Shown here: piece by piece, positions 54,841 through 64,000 of the stretch
Position numbering within the stretch: the first letter of the stretch is position 1
Layout: the number at the start of each line of letters is the position of its first letter
NCBI GenBank assembly: GCA_965247125.1
Contig: CBDFGO010000002.1
Coordinates: 497,618-561,617 of the forward strand
From: Rhodothermales bacterium
GTDB taxonomy: Bacteria > Bacteroidota > Rhodothermia > Rhodothermales > UBA10348
Direction of reading: 5' to 3'
Length of the DNA stretch: 64,000 nucleotides
Position numbers and translations under genes: made by a program
Notes under the pieces: model-generated
Databases searched by the model: none
What the model saw: only the letters and a program-made list of their open reading frames with translations
What the model was told of the DNA's origin: nothing

Positions 54841-55304
54841 GATACGAATATCCAACAAATGGAACGACCAGGTCTTTCGAGCTCGTGAAAGCGGTTGTCC
54901 TCGGGCTGCTCAGTGTGAGCGCTATCACCGACCGCGTCGACACCGTCTTTCGCAATCGTCTGGACGCAGACGTCGCCCTGGCGAAGGGGATCTATTTCAT
55001 CGTTCGTGAGCTGCGCCCGATCGGAGGACGCCGGATCCAGGCCAGCCAAGAGCAGCGCCTTGTCATTCAGGTACAACTTTACACGCCTCGAGACAAGCGT
55101 AACCCAGACGAATTTCACGCGGCCCTGCAGGACGACGTCACCGAATATCTGCTCTCGAGCAATTTCGATCCGACGCTCGAGTACATGGACGTCTCAAATC
55201 CAATTCACCAGGTGCGGGAAGCTGAGCAGCCTTTGGCGCACAGGGACCTGGACAAACTGTTCTCGACGAGTGAATACCAACTCGTCATCCTTCCAAAAGC
55301 ATAA
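54837..55304 (+). CDS. tail terminator / tail completion protein (putative)
   Basis: 155 aa, overlaps the previous gene by 4 nt, and immediately precedes the major tail gene. Confidence 0.35.
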   Translation: MRYEYPTNGTTRSFELVKAVVLGLLSVSAITDRVDTVFRNRLDADVALAKGIYFIVRELRPIGGRRIQASQEQRLVIQVQLYTPRDKRNPDEFHAALQDDVTEYLLSSNFDPTLEYMDVSNPIHQVREAEQPLAHRDLDKLFSTSEYQLVILPKA

Positions 55305-55322
55305 CCGGTTAGGGGGTTAACC

Positions 55323-55940
55323 ATGCAAACTTCAGCAACAAATACGTATTCCGAACCCGCTTGGGGCCTAATCGGAGATCCGACAACAGCTCTCGGCGCA
55401 GATTTGACGCAGCTTGGCCTTCTTCCAAATTTTGAGGTTCAGCCCCTGTTCAATCACCAGGGCTCTGGAAACGAAGGCGGACATGAGCTTCACGATAGCC
55501 AGCTGGGCTTCTGCGTCGGCGCCAATGTCAGTCTCACACTTCATAGCAATCAAGCGGCGATTCTAGCGAAGTTTTTCACTGAGATCACCGACCAGACTGG
55601 TGCTACGGGGTACTCGACTGTCCCGACGATCATTCAGGCGCCGACGTTGATCGGAATCCCGATAGGCTCGAAAGGCAATGGTATCACGGATGCGAAAATC
55701 CAAGTGGTTCCCTCTTTTCGCGCCGATGACTTATCGGCCTTCATGCGCAAATTCAACGCTGGAGCGGGCGCTACGGTGAACAGTAACCCGATCACCATTT
55801 CCGGGAAAGCGTTACTCAGAGCGTCAGATCAGGCCTCTCAGGCTCTGCAGGAGTGGGCCCAGGTCTACTTTGAGGGCGATTGCGACATAGCGCTCGGTGG
55901 CTCTCCCACAACCAGCTGGTCATTCCCAACAGGTTACTAA
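55323..55940 (+). CDS. major tail protein (putative)
   Basis: 205 aa, upstream of the chaperone and tape measure genes. Assigned by synteny. Confidence 0.5.
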   Translation: MQTSATNTYSEPAWGLIGDPTTALGADLTQLGLLPNFEVQPLFNHQGSGNEGGHELHDSQLGFCVGANVSLTLHSNQAAILAKFFTEITDQTGATGYSTVPTIIQAPTLIGIPIGSKGNGITDAKIQVVPSFRADDLSAFMRKFNAGAGATVNSNPITISGKALLRASDQASQALQEWAQVYFEGDCDIALGGSPTTSWSFPTGY

Positions 55941-55955
55941 TCCAGGTAGAACAGT

Positions 55956-56633
55956 ATGGGAGTGCGTGCAGTAATCGCGTCGCTCTCTGGCTCCTGGATC
56001 ACACTTGACGTCCGGGGTGAGGGTGGCAAACGGGTAATTGGTGAATATCACGTGAGACCACCAGACGTGCGAACTGCACTGACGGTGATCGCCACCCTCC
56101 CCGGGGCTTTGTCGGGTGAGGCGCGCGAGCAGGCACACTACCTGGGAGTCGTCAAAGAGTGGCTTCCGAAGGAGGTGTTTAGGGGTTGGTTCGAACTCGG
56201 CATCCCGTTCCTGGAGGCCTCGCGCTACGCTTCAAAGGCGCTCTCGTCTGGATACGAACGAAAGGAAGACTATGAATCAGATCTCGAGAAGGTCGAAGAC
56301 ATCGTCGAAAAGACTTCCTGGCACGCGGTTCTCGCCGAGTACAGGAATTTTTTCGGCTCTGATCCCCTCCTCGAGACGTGGGCATACTTCCTTCAGCAAC
56401 ACGCTCAAATACGCCGCGTCCGGGCTGTTGGTCAATACGCATGGATTGAGGCCTACCTGGCCTGTAAGCCAAGCGAGAAGGATCCACACGGGGGCATCAA
56501 CAACATCAGCGCGCGCGCCTATCCAGAGATGACAGCAGCCCGCAACCATACCGACGTGCCCGATGTGAGCGAGGAGTTCATGAACGAACAAATCGCTCTC
56601 ATTGAAGCGCGCAAACAGCAGGGTGAAGCATGA
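55956..56633 (+). CDS. tail assembly chaperone (putative)
   Basis: 225 aa directly upstream of the tape measure gene, overlapping it by 4 nt. Confidence 0.45.
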   Translation: MGVRAVIASLSGSWITLDVRGEGGKRVIGEYHVRPPDVRTALTVIATLPGALSGEAREQAHYLGVVKEWLPKEVFRGWFELGIPFLEASRYASKALSSGYERKEDYESDLEKVEDIVEKTSWHAVLAEYRNFFGSDPLLETWAYFLQQHAQIRRVRAVGQYAWIEAYLACKPSEKDPHGGINNISARAYPEMTAARNHTDVPDVSEEFMNEQIALIEARKQQGEA

Positions 56634-59600
56634 GCTTTATACCCCTTGAACAGGAATTCACTGTCCGATACGATGGTCGCAAGATTGATGTGGCCATCAA
56701 GGACATGGAACGTACTCGCAAGGGGAACGAGCGTTTTTTCAACACGGTCGATCGGCGCTTGAAGATGACCGAGGGAATAGCCCGGCGCGTGAAGCGGGCG
56801 ATTGCCGGCGCATTCTCGACAGTGGCTATCGGCCTATTCCTGCGCACCGTCGGGCGCCTCAACGGTGGACTCGAGCAGACCCGGATGACGTTCCGCGTGA
56901 TGCTGGGCGATGCCAAGCTGGCCGACCGCGTTTTGAAAGACGTTTTCACGTTCGGCGAAAAGACCCCGTTCGAATTCGAAGAGGTTGTGGCCACTGCCCG
57001 GATGCTCCTGGCCATGGGCGGCGACGTGCGCAACCTGCAGCAGGAGATGAAGATGGTCGGCGACGTCGCCTCGGGCATCAAGGCACCCATCACCGACGTG
57101 GCCCAGATCTTCGGCAAGATCAGGGCGAATCAGCGCGTGACGGCCGAGGAGATGAGGCAGCTCGCCGAGCGTGGCGTGCCAATTTACGAGGAGCTCGAGA
57201 AGGTCATCGGAAAGAGCGGAAACGAGCTCCGCAAGATGGTCGAGCAGGGCAAGATCGGATTCCCCGTTATCCTCAAGGTATTCGAGAACATGACCGGGGA
57301 AGGCGGTCGGTTCAACAACATGATGGGCCAGCTGTCAGCGACCTTTTTGGGCGTTGTGTCCAACCTCAAGGACATGGCCTCGCTCACCTTTATCGACGTC
57401 GCAGACGGGTTCTTTGGCGCCATGAAGCGCGATGCAACGGGTTTCCTGGAAACGCTCGAGGAAGCCAGGGAAAGCGGCGAGCTGGCGAGCGTCGTGGCCA
57501 CCATTCGCGCGCAGCTGGTGACCTTCTACCAGGTGATTCGAGGCGGACTCATCTTCATCTGGGAGAACAGAAAAGCGATTGTTGCGGTGACGAAAGCATA
57601 CATCGGTTTTCGGGTCTCACTCATGCTGTTCAGTGGTGGTGCCACTATCACCGAGGCTGTAATCAAGGGCCTGTCATTCGGACTCTGGGGTCTAAAAAAC
57701 GCGTTGTTTCTCGCTCGATACGCAATGTTGAGCCTCAACACAGCCGTAGCTGCCAATCCCTTGGGTGCGTTACTCGTGGTTCTGAGCACGGTAGCCACTG
57801 CCATGTGGATATTCCGTGACAGTACGGACGACGCCACAACTGCCGTGGAGCGTCACAGCATCGCCTTGGCTGAAGCCCAAGCCAGAGTAGCTGCACTGAA
57901 CGAGGAAGAGCGGAATCTTGAACGCGATCGCATTCGGCGTGAGCTGTTCGCTGTCCAAGCAAGGGCTCGAATTCTGAGAGCCGAAAAAAGAGACCTCGAG
58001 GCGCAGGCAGAACGCCTCAAGAAGCTGTCCACCGATAGATTGGTTACCTCAGTCTCAACTGGCGTAGGTCTCGGGCCTACTACCTACGGCAGCACAACGG
58101 GCCTTACCGCCTCACAGTTGGCGGATAACAGGAGGATAGGTGCTATAGATGAGCTTCTAAAGTCTCAAAAAAGTGAAATTATTGAACTCGTCGCCGCCTG
58201 GGAAGCCCTCTACGACGCCGAACAGAATGCACTCGAACTCCCGGGGAAAGTTGGCCCTACGAAGCGCGAGGATCCATTCAACCTGGTGCGCGGATTTGCT
58301 GGCTTTGACTCCGCGTCCGTCGGCATCATGCAAGACCTGGTCAAGCAGTTCGAACAGGAGATCAAGGCGGTGAAGGCTCGCGAGTCGCTGGGTGAGCTCT
58401 CGAGCTTTCGCTCCCAGGAAGAGCAAATCAACTTGTCGATCGAATACGGCGCCCGGATTAAAAACGTGTTCCAGGACCTGATCGAATCGGGCCGGATCTC
58501 GGCAGATACGATGGATGACCTTCTGATCGCTACAGGAGAAAGCTTTCAGAAGACCCAGGATGTAGCCGAGGGCGCAAAAGAGAATCTTGACGAGGCTAAC
58601 GAGCGGGCGAAGCGATTGAAAGTGTCGTTTCGGGACATTGCAGAGTCATTCAGGGCGGTCTCTCGCTTCGGCAGGGTATTCAGCCGCATGCCTCAAGATC
58701 TGGCGCTGGTCATCGACGGCCTGGCGGACACGCTCAGCAATCTCGACGCCCTAGAGCGCCAGGTTAAAAATATTGAACAGGCAGGTGGCTGGTCGACAGC
58801 CTCCGGAGCGGCTCGAGCCGGCACGATCGCATCAGGGATCGGTGCTGTCGCTGGAGTTGCCACCGCAATTAAGGGAGTGATCAACTTCCTCAGCAGCGAC
58901 GGCCCATCGACACAGCAGAGGCTTGGCGATCAAATGGAGCTCCTGCGAGAAGAGTACACGAGGGCGACGGATCGCCTGGTGAGCGCCCTAGATCGATTCG
59001 GAGAGGGCCAGATTGGATCCGACGTGGCTTCCGACCAGGTCGGAGACGCCGCGGCATTAATTAGAGACGTCATCGCCAATATCAACGCCCTCGAGAACAT
59101 CGACACGGAGCTCTCAAATGCGGATCAGCGCGCCCTCTCGAGCCAGCTGATGAGCGCGATACAAACAGGCCTCGCCGACCTCGAGGCTACCGACCTCGAG
59201 GAGCTCCAAGGACTGGTGGCCATCTTCCGCGGCCTCGGCCGGGATCCAGGCGCCCTGCTGAGTGGTGGAGAGGTTGATGGCACCGAGTTCAGTGGTCTGC
59301 AGCACATTCTGGGTCTATTCGGCCAGCAGGGGCAATTCGCGCAGTCTGTAGACGGTGTGATCGCTCATCTCGATTTGTTCAGGCGCGCGATCGACGATGA
59401 CGCCGTCGAGGGCTTCGACTTTCTCATTGGTCGCTTGCTGGGCCTTGGCGGCATTTCGGATCAGCTGCGAACCAAGCTGGGGGCGCTTCTTCTGCTCGAT
59501 CCTACGACGGCCGAAGGCGCGAGAGCTCTGGCGGAGATCATCGCAGAAATCGCTACACAGGGAATCGAGAGCTCCGACTTCCGCGGGAGCCTTTCGCCGA

Positions 59601-59986
59601 ACGAAATCAACAACCTCATCGGAGCCCTCCAGGGCTTTACCGGACTCGACTCGGGCACGGAATACACCCGTTCGGTTCAGTATCAGCGCAGTATCACCGA
59701 GATATCGGCCAACGAGCTAACGGCCATCGCCGAATCAGGTCTTTTCCTTCATCGGATTCGCAACGAGACCCTTTTCCAGATCCGAGACACGCTGCTATTG
59801 GCTCTCGCTCCTGCAGCCGGCATCGGGGCTTCTGTTCCCAGTGGATTCCCGGGAGCAGCTGGTGGTGGCAACAACTTCTATTTCCAGAACAACTTCGGAT
59901 CCGGGACGCTGACTGATCTGGATATCGCAGAAGTTCTGCAGAAGACTGAATCCAACCTGCGACGCGTAAAGAGGGGTGCCAACTAG
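56630..59986 (+). CDS. tail tape measure protein
   Basis: 1118 aa. TP901-type N-terminal region (FGEKTPFEFEEVVATARMLLAMGGD...AQIFGKIRANQRVTAEEMRQLAERGVPIYEEL), internal TM-like hydrophobic helices and long coiled coils. Confidence 0.9.
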   Translation: MSFIPLEQEFTVRYDGRKIDVAIKDMERTRKGNERFFNTVDRRLKMTEGIARRVKRAIAGAFSTVAIGLFLRTVGRLNGGLEQTRMTFRVMLGDAKLADRVLKDVFTFGEKTPFEFEEVVATARMLLAMGGDVRNLQQEMKMVGDVASGIKAPITDVAQIFGKIRANQRVTAEEMRQLAERGVPIYEELEKVIGKSGNELRKMVEQGKIGFPVILKVFENMTGEGGRFNNMMGQLSATFLGVVSNLKDMASLTFIDVADGFFGAMKRDATGFLETLEEARESGELASVVATIRAQLVTFYQVIRGGLIFIWENRKAIVAVTKAYIGFRVSLMLFSGGATITEAVIKGLSFGLWGLKNALFLARYAMLSLNTAVAANPLGALLVVLSTVATAMWIFRDSTDDATTAVERHSIALAEAQARVAALNEEERNLERDRIRRELFAVQARARILRAEKRDLEAQAERLKKLSTDRLVTSVSTGVGLGPTTYGSTTGLTASQLADNRRIGAIDELLKSQKSEIIELVAAWEALYDAEQNALELPGKVGPTKREDPFNLVRGFAGFDSASVGIMQDLVKQFEQEIKAVKARESLGELSSFRSQEEQINLSIEYGARIKNVFQDLIESGRISADTMDDLLIATGESFQKTQDVAEGAKENLDEANERAKRLKVSFRDIAESFRAVSRFGRVFSRMPQDLALVIDGLADTLSNLDALERQVKNIEQAGGWSTASGAARAGTIASGIGAVAGVATAIKGVINFLSSDGPSTQQRLGDQMELLREEYTRATDRLVSALDRFGEGQIGSDVASDQVGDAAALIRDVIANINALENIDTELSNADQRALSSQLMSAIQTGLADLEATDLEELQGLVAIFRGLGRDPGALLSGGEVDGTEFSGLQHILGLFGQQGQFAQSVDGVIAHLDLFRRAIDDDAVEGFDFLIGRLLGLGGISDQLRTKLGALLLLDPTTAEGARALAEIIAEIATQGIESSDFRGSLSPNEINNLIGALQGFTGLDSGTEYTRSVQYQRSITEISANELTAIAESGLFLHRIRNETLFQIRDTLLLALAPAAGIGASVPSGFPGAAGGGNNFYFQNNFGSGTLTDLDIAEVLQKTESNLRRVKRGAN

Positions 59987-62900
59987 TGGCCCAGGCAGCT
60001 ATAAATACCATTACGCTCCACGCTGACCCTTCGGCTGCAGCGCGCTCTGCAGGCGGCGAGACCGACGTCATGAAATCACTCGTGGCGGCAATCCACATCA
60101 AGGAGGTTCACCGCGGCGTCGACGTGACCACGCTCCGGCTCGGCGCCACGAGCGCCTTCGGACAGGCTGCGCTTCGAAGCAACTATTTCAAGCAGCGGGA
60201 AGTGCTTCAGGTCAATTTCAACGGCGGAGCCGTCGAGTACCTCAGGGTAGATGGCGCCAAGCCCCTGCCATCAGGCGGCGACGTCGTTGTTACGTGCTGG
60301 CCATTCTGGACCAATCTTGATCGGCGCAAGCTGCGCATCACGCGTGAGCCCTCTGGGTTCGTGGATCTAACACTGGCGCTCGTCGGACTCTCGCCGGCTG
60401 ACATGCTCTCTGAGATCTTCTCGCACAACATGGGGCCCCACTTCGCAGCTGGTACCGTCCACAGCTCACTGGCTGGCACCACGGTTTCTCTCGAGTCCAA
60501 TAACGAAGATCACCTGGCGCTGCTCTGGAAGCTGACCGAGGCGCTCTCAGAGGTTAATGGCGGCTATCCTGCCGAATTCGTTGAGCGCTGGGTCGCAAAT
60601 GTCTGCTACATCGACCTGGTGCCGTGGCGCGGAGCCTCTGCAGCCGAGATCGCAGCCGGCTACACGGCCGATCCGGATAGCCGTCTGATCAAGGGTCCGA
60701 CAGGAAGTGGAGCCTTCAAGAACCGGCTGACGTGTGAGCTCGATCACGGGGACCGAGACGAGTTCAACCGCATCGTTCCTGTAGCGGGGCCGGCAGATGG
60801 CCTGGTGACTATCGCGAAGGCTCTCTGGCCCGTCACGACGGCCTCCTATGACGGCGGTGGCGATCGCACGACGATCACGCTGGGCGACACGCCCTTTCAG
60901 GCGCCGATTGACCTGGCCACTGATACGCATTATTTCGGGAATGATTCTAGGGGATTCTTTCAAATTGAAACAGTGCTTGCCAATAACCAGGTGTTGGTGA
61001 TTGGTAATGCTGGCACCCTGGCAGGCGACCTGGCTCGTGTGGCCATGAACAGCGCAGGCGACGAGCTGGTGTACTTACAGACGAGTGAGGCCAGCAGCAC
61101 AGCGGCGAACGAGGAGTCGGTCAGTTTCGATGTCTCACCATTCGAAAATGAGCTCGTAGAAATCGATGTTTCTGAGAATATGTCCACGTGGGAGGTCGAC
61201 ATCACGCCCTCGAGTCCAAATGCAGAGAAGCCTCAAGGTGTCGGCTACGTCGGCTCCACGATTCCTACGCTCACGAAATACGATGCGGCGACGTATCCGG
61301 CCTATGTCAGGAATGGTCCGTTCTCGTGCCATGTAGAGGCGCAGGTAGCCTGTGGCGTCAGCATTGGAGAGGGCGTCCTTTCGCTCACGCCGTCAGTGGA
61401 CGAGCCATACCACTCCATTTCGGTTAACATTTCTGTGATATCCGGATCGGTACGAGTGGAGTTCGTCGACAGCGGCGGCGCCCGCCACCCACAGGGCACG
61501 AAGCGGGCAGATCCAAAGGGGAAGCAGCTGAGGGCTATCCAAATCGGTGGTCCAGAGGCCGACGCTGGCGCGGCGCACATCGAGATCTTCACCATTGGTG
61601 AAACCGCTGCGACCTTCGTTGTAGACGCGCTCACGGTCACGAATTCGCCGAGTGCCTACCAGTACGAGGCGGAGATGGGCCCGCGCGCCCTGTGGAAACT
61701 CGGAGCCAAGCATCTGCGTGAGCAGGGTGGCAGCCGGCCGACCTTTTCGACGAATTTCATCGATCCGACTACGTTCGATCCCGGCTCTGAGTCCGTGGAG
61801 ATTGGATCCTGGGTGCGTCTGCAGGACCTCTGGGACCGCAACGCCCTCCAGTACGATCTTGATGAAACGGCGCGTGTAGTACAGCTCGTCAAAAACTACT
61901 CCGCATCCGGGGCCCCTATCACCAAGCGGGTAAAGCTGGCCAATCCGCGGCCGGATATCTCGAGCAGGCTCATCGGGGGAAGCGTCACTTCTGCCGTCGA
62001 CGTATCGCCCTTTCAGGGATCCTTCTCAGATTCTTTCGAGTCCGTCTTCACGAGAATTGTCGCGGGCGACGCGGTCATGACCGTTCATTCGACCGTCCCT
62101 GCAGGAGACATCCTCGACATGAGCATATCGGCGTTTGCTGATCTCAAGTATGGTGAGCGCTTCGAGGTTCGAACCAATGACAGGGAAGCTCCGATACCGT
62201 TCTACCTACTGGAATCGGTGAACAAGGGCGACGTCGACCGCCTGGTGCAGATCTCGGTCAATGAGCCTGTCTACGGAGATGGTTTCGATGGCTTCCCGAA
62301 CGCGGTGAGCAACCACGAGGCGGTGACGCTTCCCAAAGACGTGATAGCGGGAACCGGGGTTTTCATGCCCGCCGTGACGCTGCAGAACCGCATCTTTCAA
62401 AACTTCAAGCTTTTCGAAGTTGTCCAGACGCTGGTCCAGTCGAACGAGGCCTTGCTACGAATTGGTGTCATCGGGACTGATGTGAGTGGCGAAGTCTCAT
62501 CCCTGGCCGGGCTCAGAGAACCCCCACGGCTGAACCTGCGCAAAGATTGGCCGATCTACATCGAATCCCAAGCTGGCCATACACAGCACGTCACAACCTC
62601 CGCCGGCGTTGACGCTGGCTCGCTCTCCATTCCGATCTACACGGAGACGATCGATGTCCGCGCTGGCGATGTCATCAAAATTGATCCTGTCTTCCTGCTC
62701 TCGCTCCTTCGCGTAGAGCCCGGAGAAGTTTTGGCGAGGGTGGAAAAGGGTGAATCAGCGGTCGCAATCTGTGATATCGAGGACCTGGCCTCTGGCTCGC
62801 ACCCAACACTACCTGTTCTGGGTGGCGCGCAAATCGGGACAGCCCTCACCGACGGCGACAACTATGTGATTGTCGATCGCCCAGGCAACAAACACGCCGT

Positions 62901-64000
62901 AACGGTCGACGGGGATCATCTTGCTACAGCTGTGACGGTCGATATTTCCCCTTCCCTCGTCCTTGCATCGGACATTACGAAGCTCTCGCTACGATATCCA
63001 GACACCTCAACCCGTGCCGAGCTCAAGATCCAGGAAGGCAACATCAACCATCGTGTCGAGAAAGACGATGTTATCCATCAGATCAACATTTCCACCGAAG
63101 GGATTCTCATACAGGGAGACAATCTTCTTGTTGACGCCTTGGTGACGTTCGCTTCGAGCTACGACCCATCCGACAAAACGGAGACATTTTCAGGCGTGAC
63201 CGCTCCTGTCTCGCCACTGCCTGGCTGGCTATGGAGGGACACCAGCTCCGCGCCCACAAGCATATACAAGTGGAGTGGCGTGGCATGGGAACGCTACGGG
63301 ACAGATGATTTTGACTGGCGACACGCAAGCGATCAGACGAAGATCGACGGCGGAGATGTTTACGCAAACTCGGTCACGGTAACGCAGCTCAACTTCACGC
63401 CTGCCGAATCGACAAATGTAATTGGAATGATCAACGCATCGCCCGAGGGGATCGACATCGATGCCGACAACCTCTCCATATCAGCGGCCACGACGTTTGC
63501 AGCCAGCTACGATCCTACGACCAAAGAAACACCTTCTGGTGCACAGACGAAGGCTGATACGGCAGAGACGGCTGCCAACACGTATACCGACGCCAATGCC
63601 CCGGATATCTACCGCCAGGCCACGGCTCCAACGACTCCGAAAACCGACGACCTGTGGGTTGATACAGGAGCGTCGGGAGCGGATCGCAAATCAGTCAAGC
63701 GATACAACGGTTCTTCGTGGGACGTGGTCGCGGTAGACGACTCAGACTGGCGACACGCTACGGATTTCACCAAGATCGACGGCGGAGATATTTACGCGAA
63801 CACTGTCACCACCACGACACTCAATTTCATTCCTGTCGAATCGACGAACGTAGTCGCAAAGATTAATGCGAGTGCTGAAGGGCTGGACATCACACTATCC
63901 AAGCTGTCTCTTAATGGGAATATGGCTTCCGGCGACGAACTGAAAAGCTCTGGTTACACGGCCGGCGTCGATGGCTGGTCCATGGACGGCGACGACTCGG
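59986..64000 (+). CDS. giant tail tip / tail fibre (host-specificity) protein, over 1330 aa, 3' end outside window
   Basis: Frame 1 has no stop from the GTG at 59986 (which overlaps the tape-measure TAG by 1 nt; alternative ATG at 60070) to the window end. It is absent from the ORF track only because it is unterminated. The C-terminal part contains repeated ~144-aa modules. Confidence 0.75.
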   Translation, partial: MAQAAINTITLHADPSAAARSAGGETDVMKSLVAAIHIKEVHRGVDVTTLRLGATSAFGQAALRSNYFKQREVLQVNFNGGAVEYLRVDGAKPLPSGGDVVVTCWPFWTNLDRRKLRITREPSGFVDLTLALVGLSPADMLSEIFSHNMGPHFAAGTVHSSLAGTTVSLESNNEDHLALLWKLTEALSEVNGGYPAEFVERWVANVCYIDLVPWRGASAAEIAAGYTADPDSRLIKGPTGSGAFKNRLTCELDHGDRDEFNRIVPVAGPADGLVTIAKALWPVTTASYDGGGDRTTITLGDTPFQAPIDLATDTHYFGNDSRGFFQIETVLANNQVLVIGNAGTLAGDLARVAMNSAGDELVYLQTSEASSTAANEESVSFDVSPFENELVEIDVSENMSTWEVDITPSSPNAEKPQGVGYVGSTIPTLTKYDAATYPAYVRNGPFSCHVEAQVACGVSIGEGVLSLTPSVDEPYHSISVNISVISGSVRVEFVDSGGARHPQGTKRADPKGKQLRAIQIGGPEADAGAAHIEIFTIGETAATFVVDALTVTNSPSAYQYEAEMGPRALWKLGAKHLREQGGSRPTFSTNFIDPTTFDPGSESVEIGSWVRLQDLWDRNALQYDLDETARVVQLVKNYSASGAPITKRVKLANPRPDISSRLIGGSVTSAVDVSPFQGSFSDSFESVFTRIVAGDAVMTVHSTVPAGDILDMSISAFADLKYGERFEVRTNDREAPIPFYLLESVNKGDVDRLVQISVNEPVYGDGFDGFPNAVSNHEAVTLPKDVIAGTGVFMPAVTLQNRIFQNFKLFEVVQTLVQSNEALLRIGVIGTDVSGEVSSLAGLREPPRLNLRKDWPIYIESQAGHTQHVTTSAGVDAGSLSIPIYTETIDVRAGDVIKIDPVFLLSLLRVEPGEVLARVEKGESAVAICDIEDLASGSHPTLPVLGGAQIGTALTDGDNYVIVDRPGNKHAVTVDGDHLATAVTVDISPSLVLASDITKLSLRYPDTSTRAELKIQEGNINHRVEKDDVIHQINISTEGILIQGDNLLVDALVTFASSYDPSDKTETFSGVTAPVSPLPGWLWRDTSSAPTSIYKWSGVAWERYGTDDFDWRHASDQTKIDGGDVYANSVTVTQLNFTPAESTNVIGMINASPEGIDIDADNLSISAATTFAASYDPTTKETPSGAQTKADTAETAANTYTDANAPDIYRQATAPTTPKTDDLWVDTGASGADRKSVKRYNGSSWDVVAVDDSDWRHATDFTKIDGGDIYANTVTTTTLNFIPVESTNVVAKINASAEGLDITLSKLSLNGNMASGDELKSSGYTAGVDGWSMDGDDS

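Noticed and set aside
56116-56532. Alternative-frame ORF as the -1 frameshift (G/GT-type) extension of the tail assembly chaperone
   Set aside because: It is in the +1 frame relative to 55956-56633, not the -1 frame. It lies internal to the gene rather than at its 3' end. I saw no slippery heptamer near the chaperone stop.
56599-57117. 172-aa minus-strand ORF at the start of the tape measure gene
   Set aside because: It is antisense to a confidently identified tape measure protein.

Overview
The window has three parts. (1) 1-20 kb holds ordinary chromosomal genes of a T9SS-bearing, FCB-group (Bacteroidota/Rhodothermota/Balneolota-like) bacterium. They include a sugar symporter with a mutarotase, a beta-lactamase-fold hydrolase, a UPF0261/PEP-hydrolase-like pair, a class II aldolase, a Fic protein, a sulfatase, a dienelactone hydrolase, two secreted repeat proteins and a 7TM-PAS histidine kinase. 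A Ser/Thr kinase gene with a TolB-like propeller is cleanly split by an intact IS3-family element. (2) 20.2-28.8 kb is a scrambled island. It carries a tyrosine integrase, two large beta-helix T9SS cargo proteins, two decayed T9SS C-terminal-domain fragments and a truncated IS3-family remnant. (3) 28.8 kb to the window end is more than 35 kb of a siphovirus-like temperate prophage. A leftward early operon encodes DEDD exonuclease, J-domain protein, fused SbcD-SbcC, RuvC-like resolvase, DnaC-like loader, an O-like initiator with embedded iterons, and an SSB-like protein. A divergent genetic switch sits at about 40.4-40.5 kb. A rightward arm starts with a CI-like repressor, followed by an accessory cassette and then the late genes (terminase, portal, MuF, scaffold, capsid, neck, tail, tape measure, giant tail fibre). 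The best candidate for an undescribed system is the terminator-bounded cassette at 41.3-44.4 kb, downstream of the repressor in the lambda rexAB position. It encodes a 2-TM protein, a translationally coupled paralog pair, an XRE-type HTH protein, and a poly-basic peptide overlapping a SLATT-like 2-TM protein. All calls come from reading translations and DNA by eye. No database search was run.
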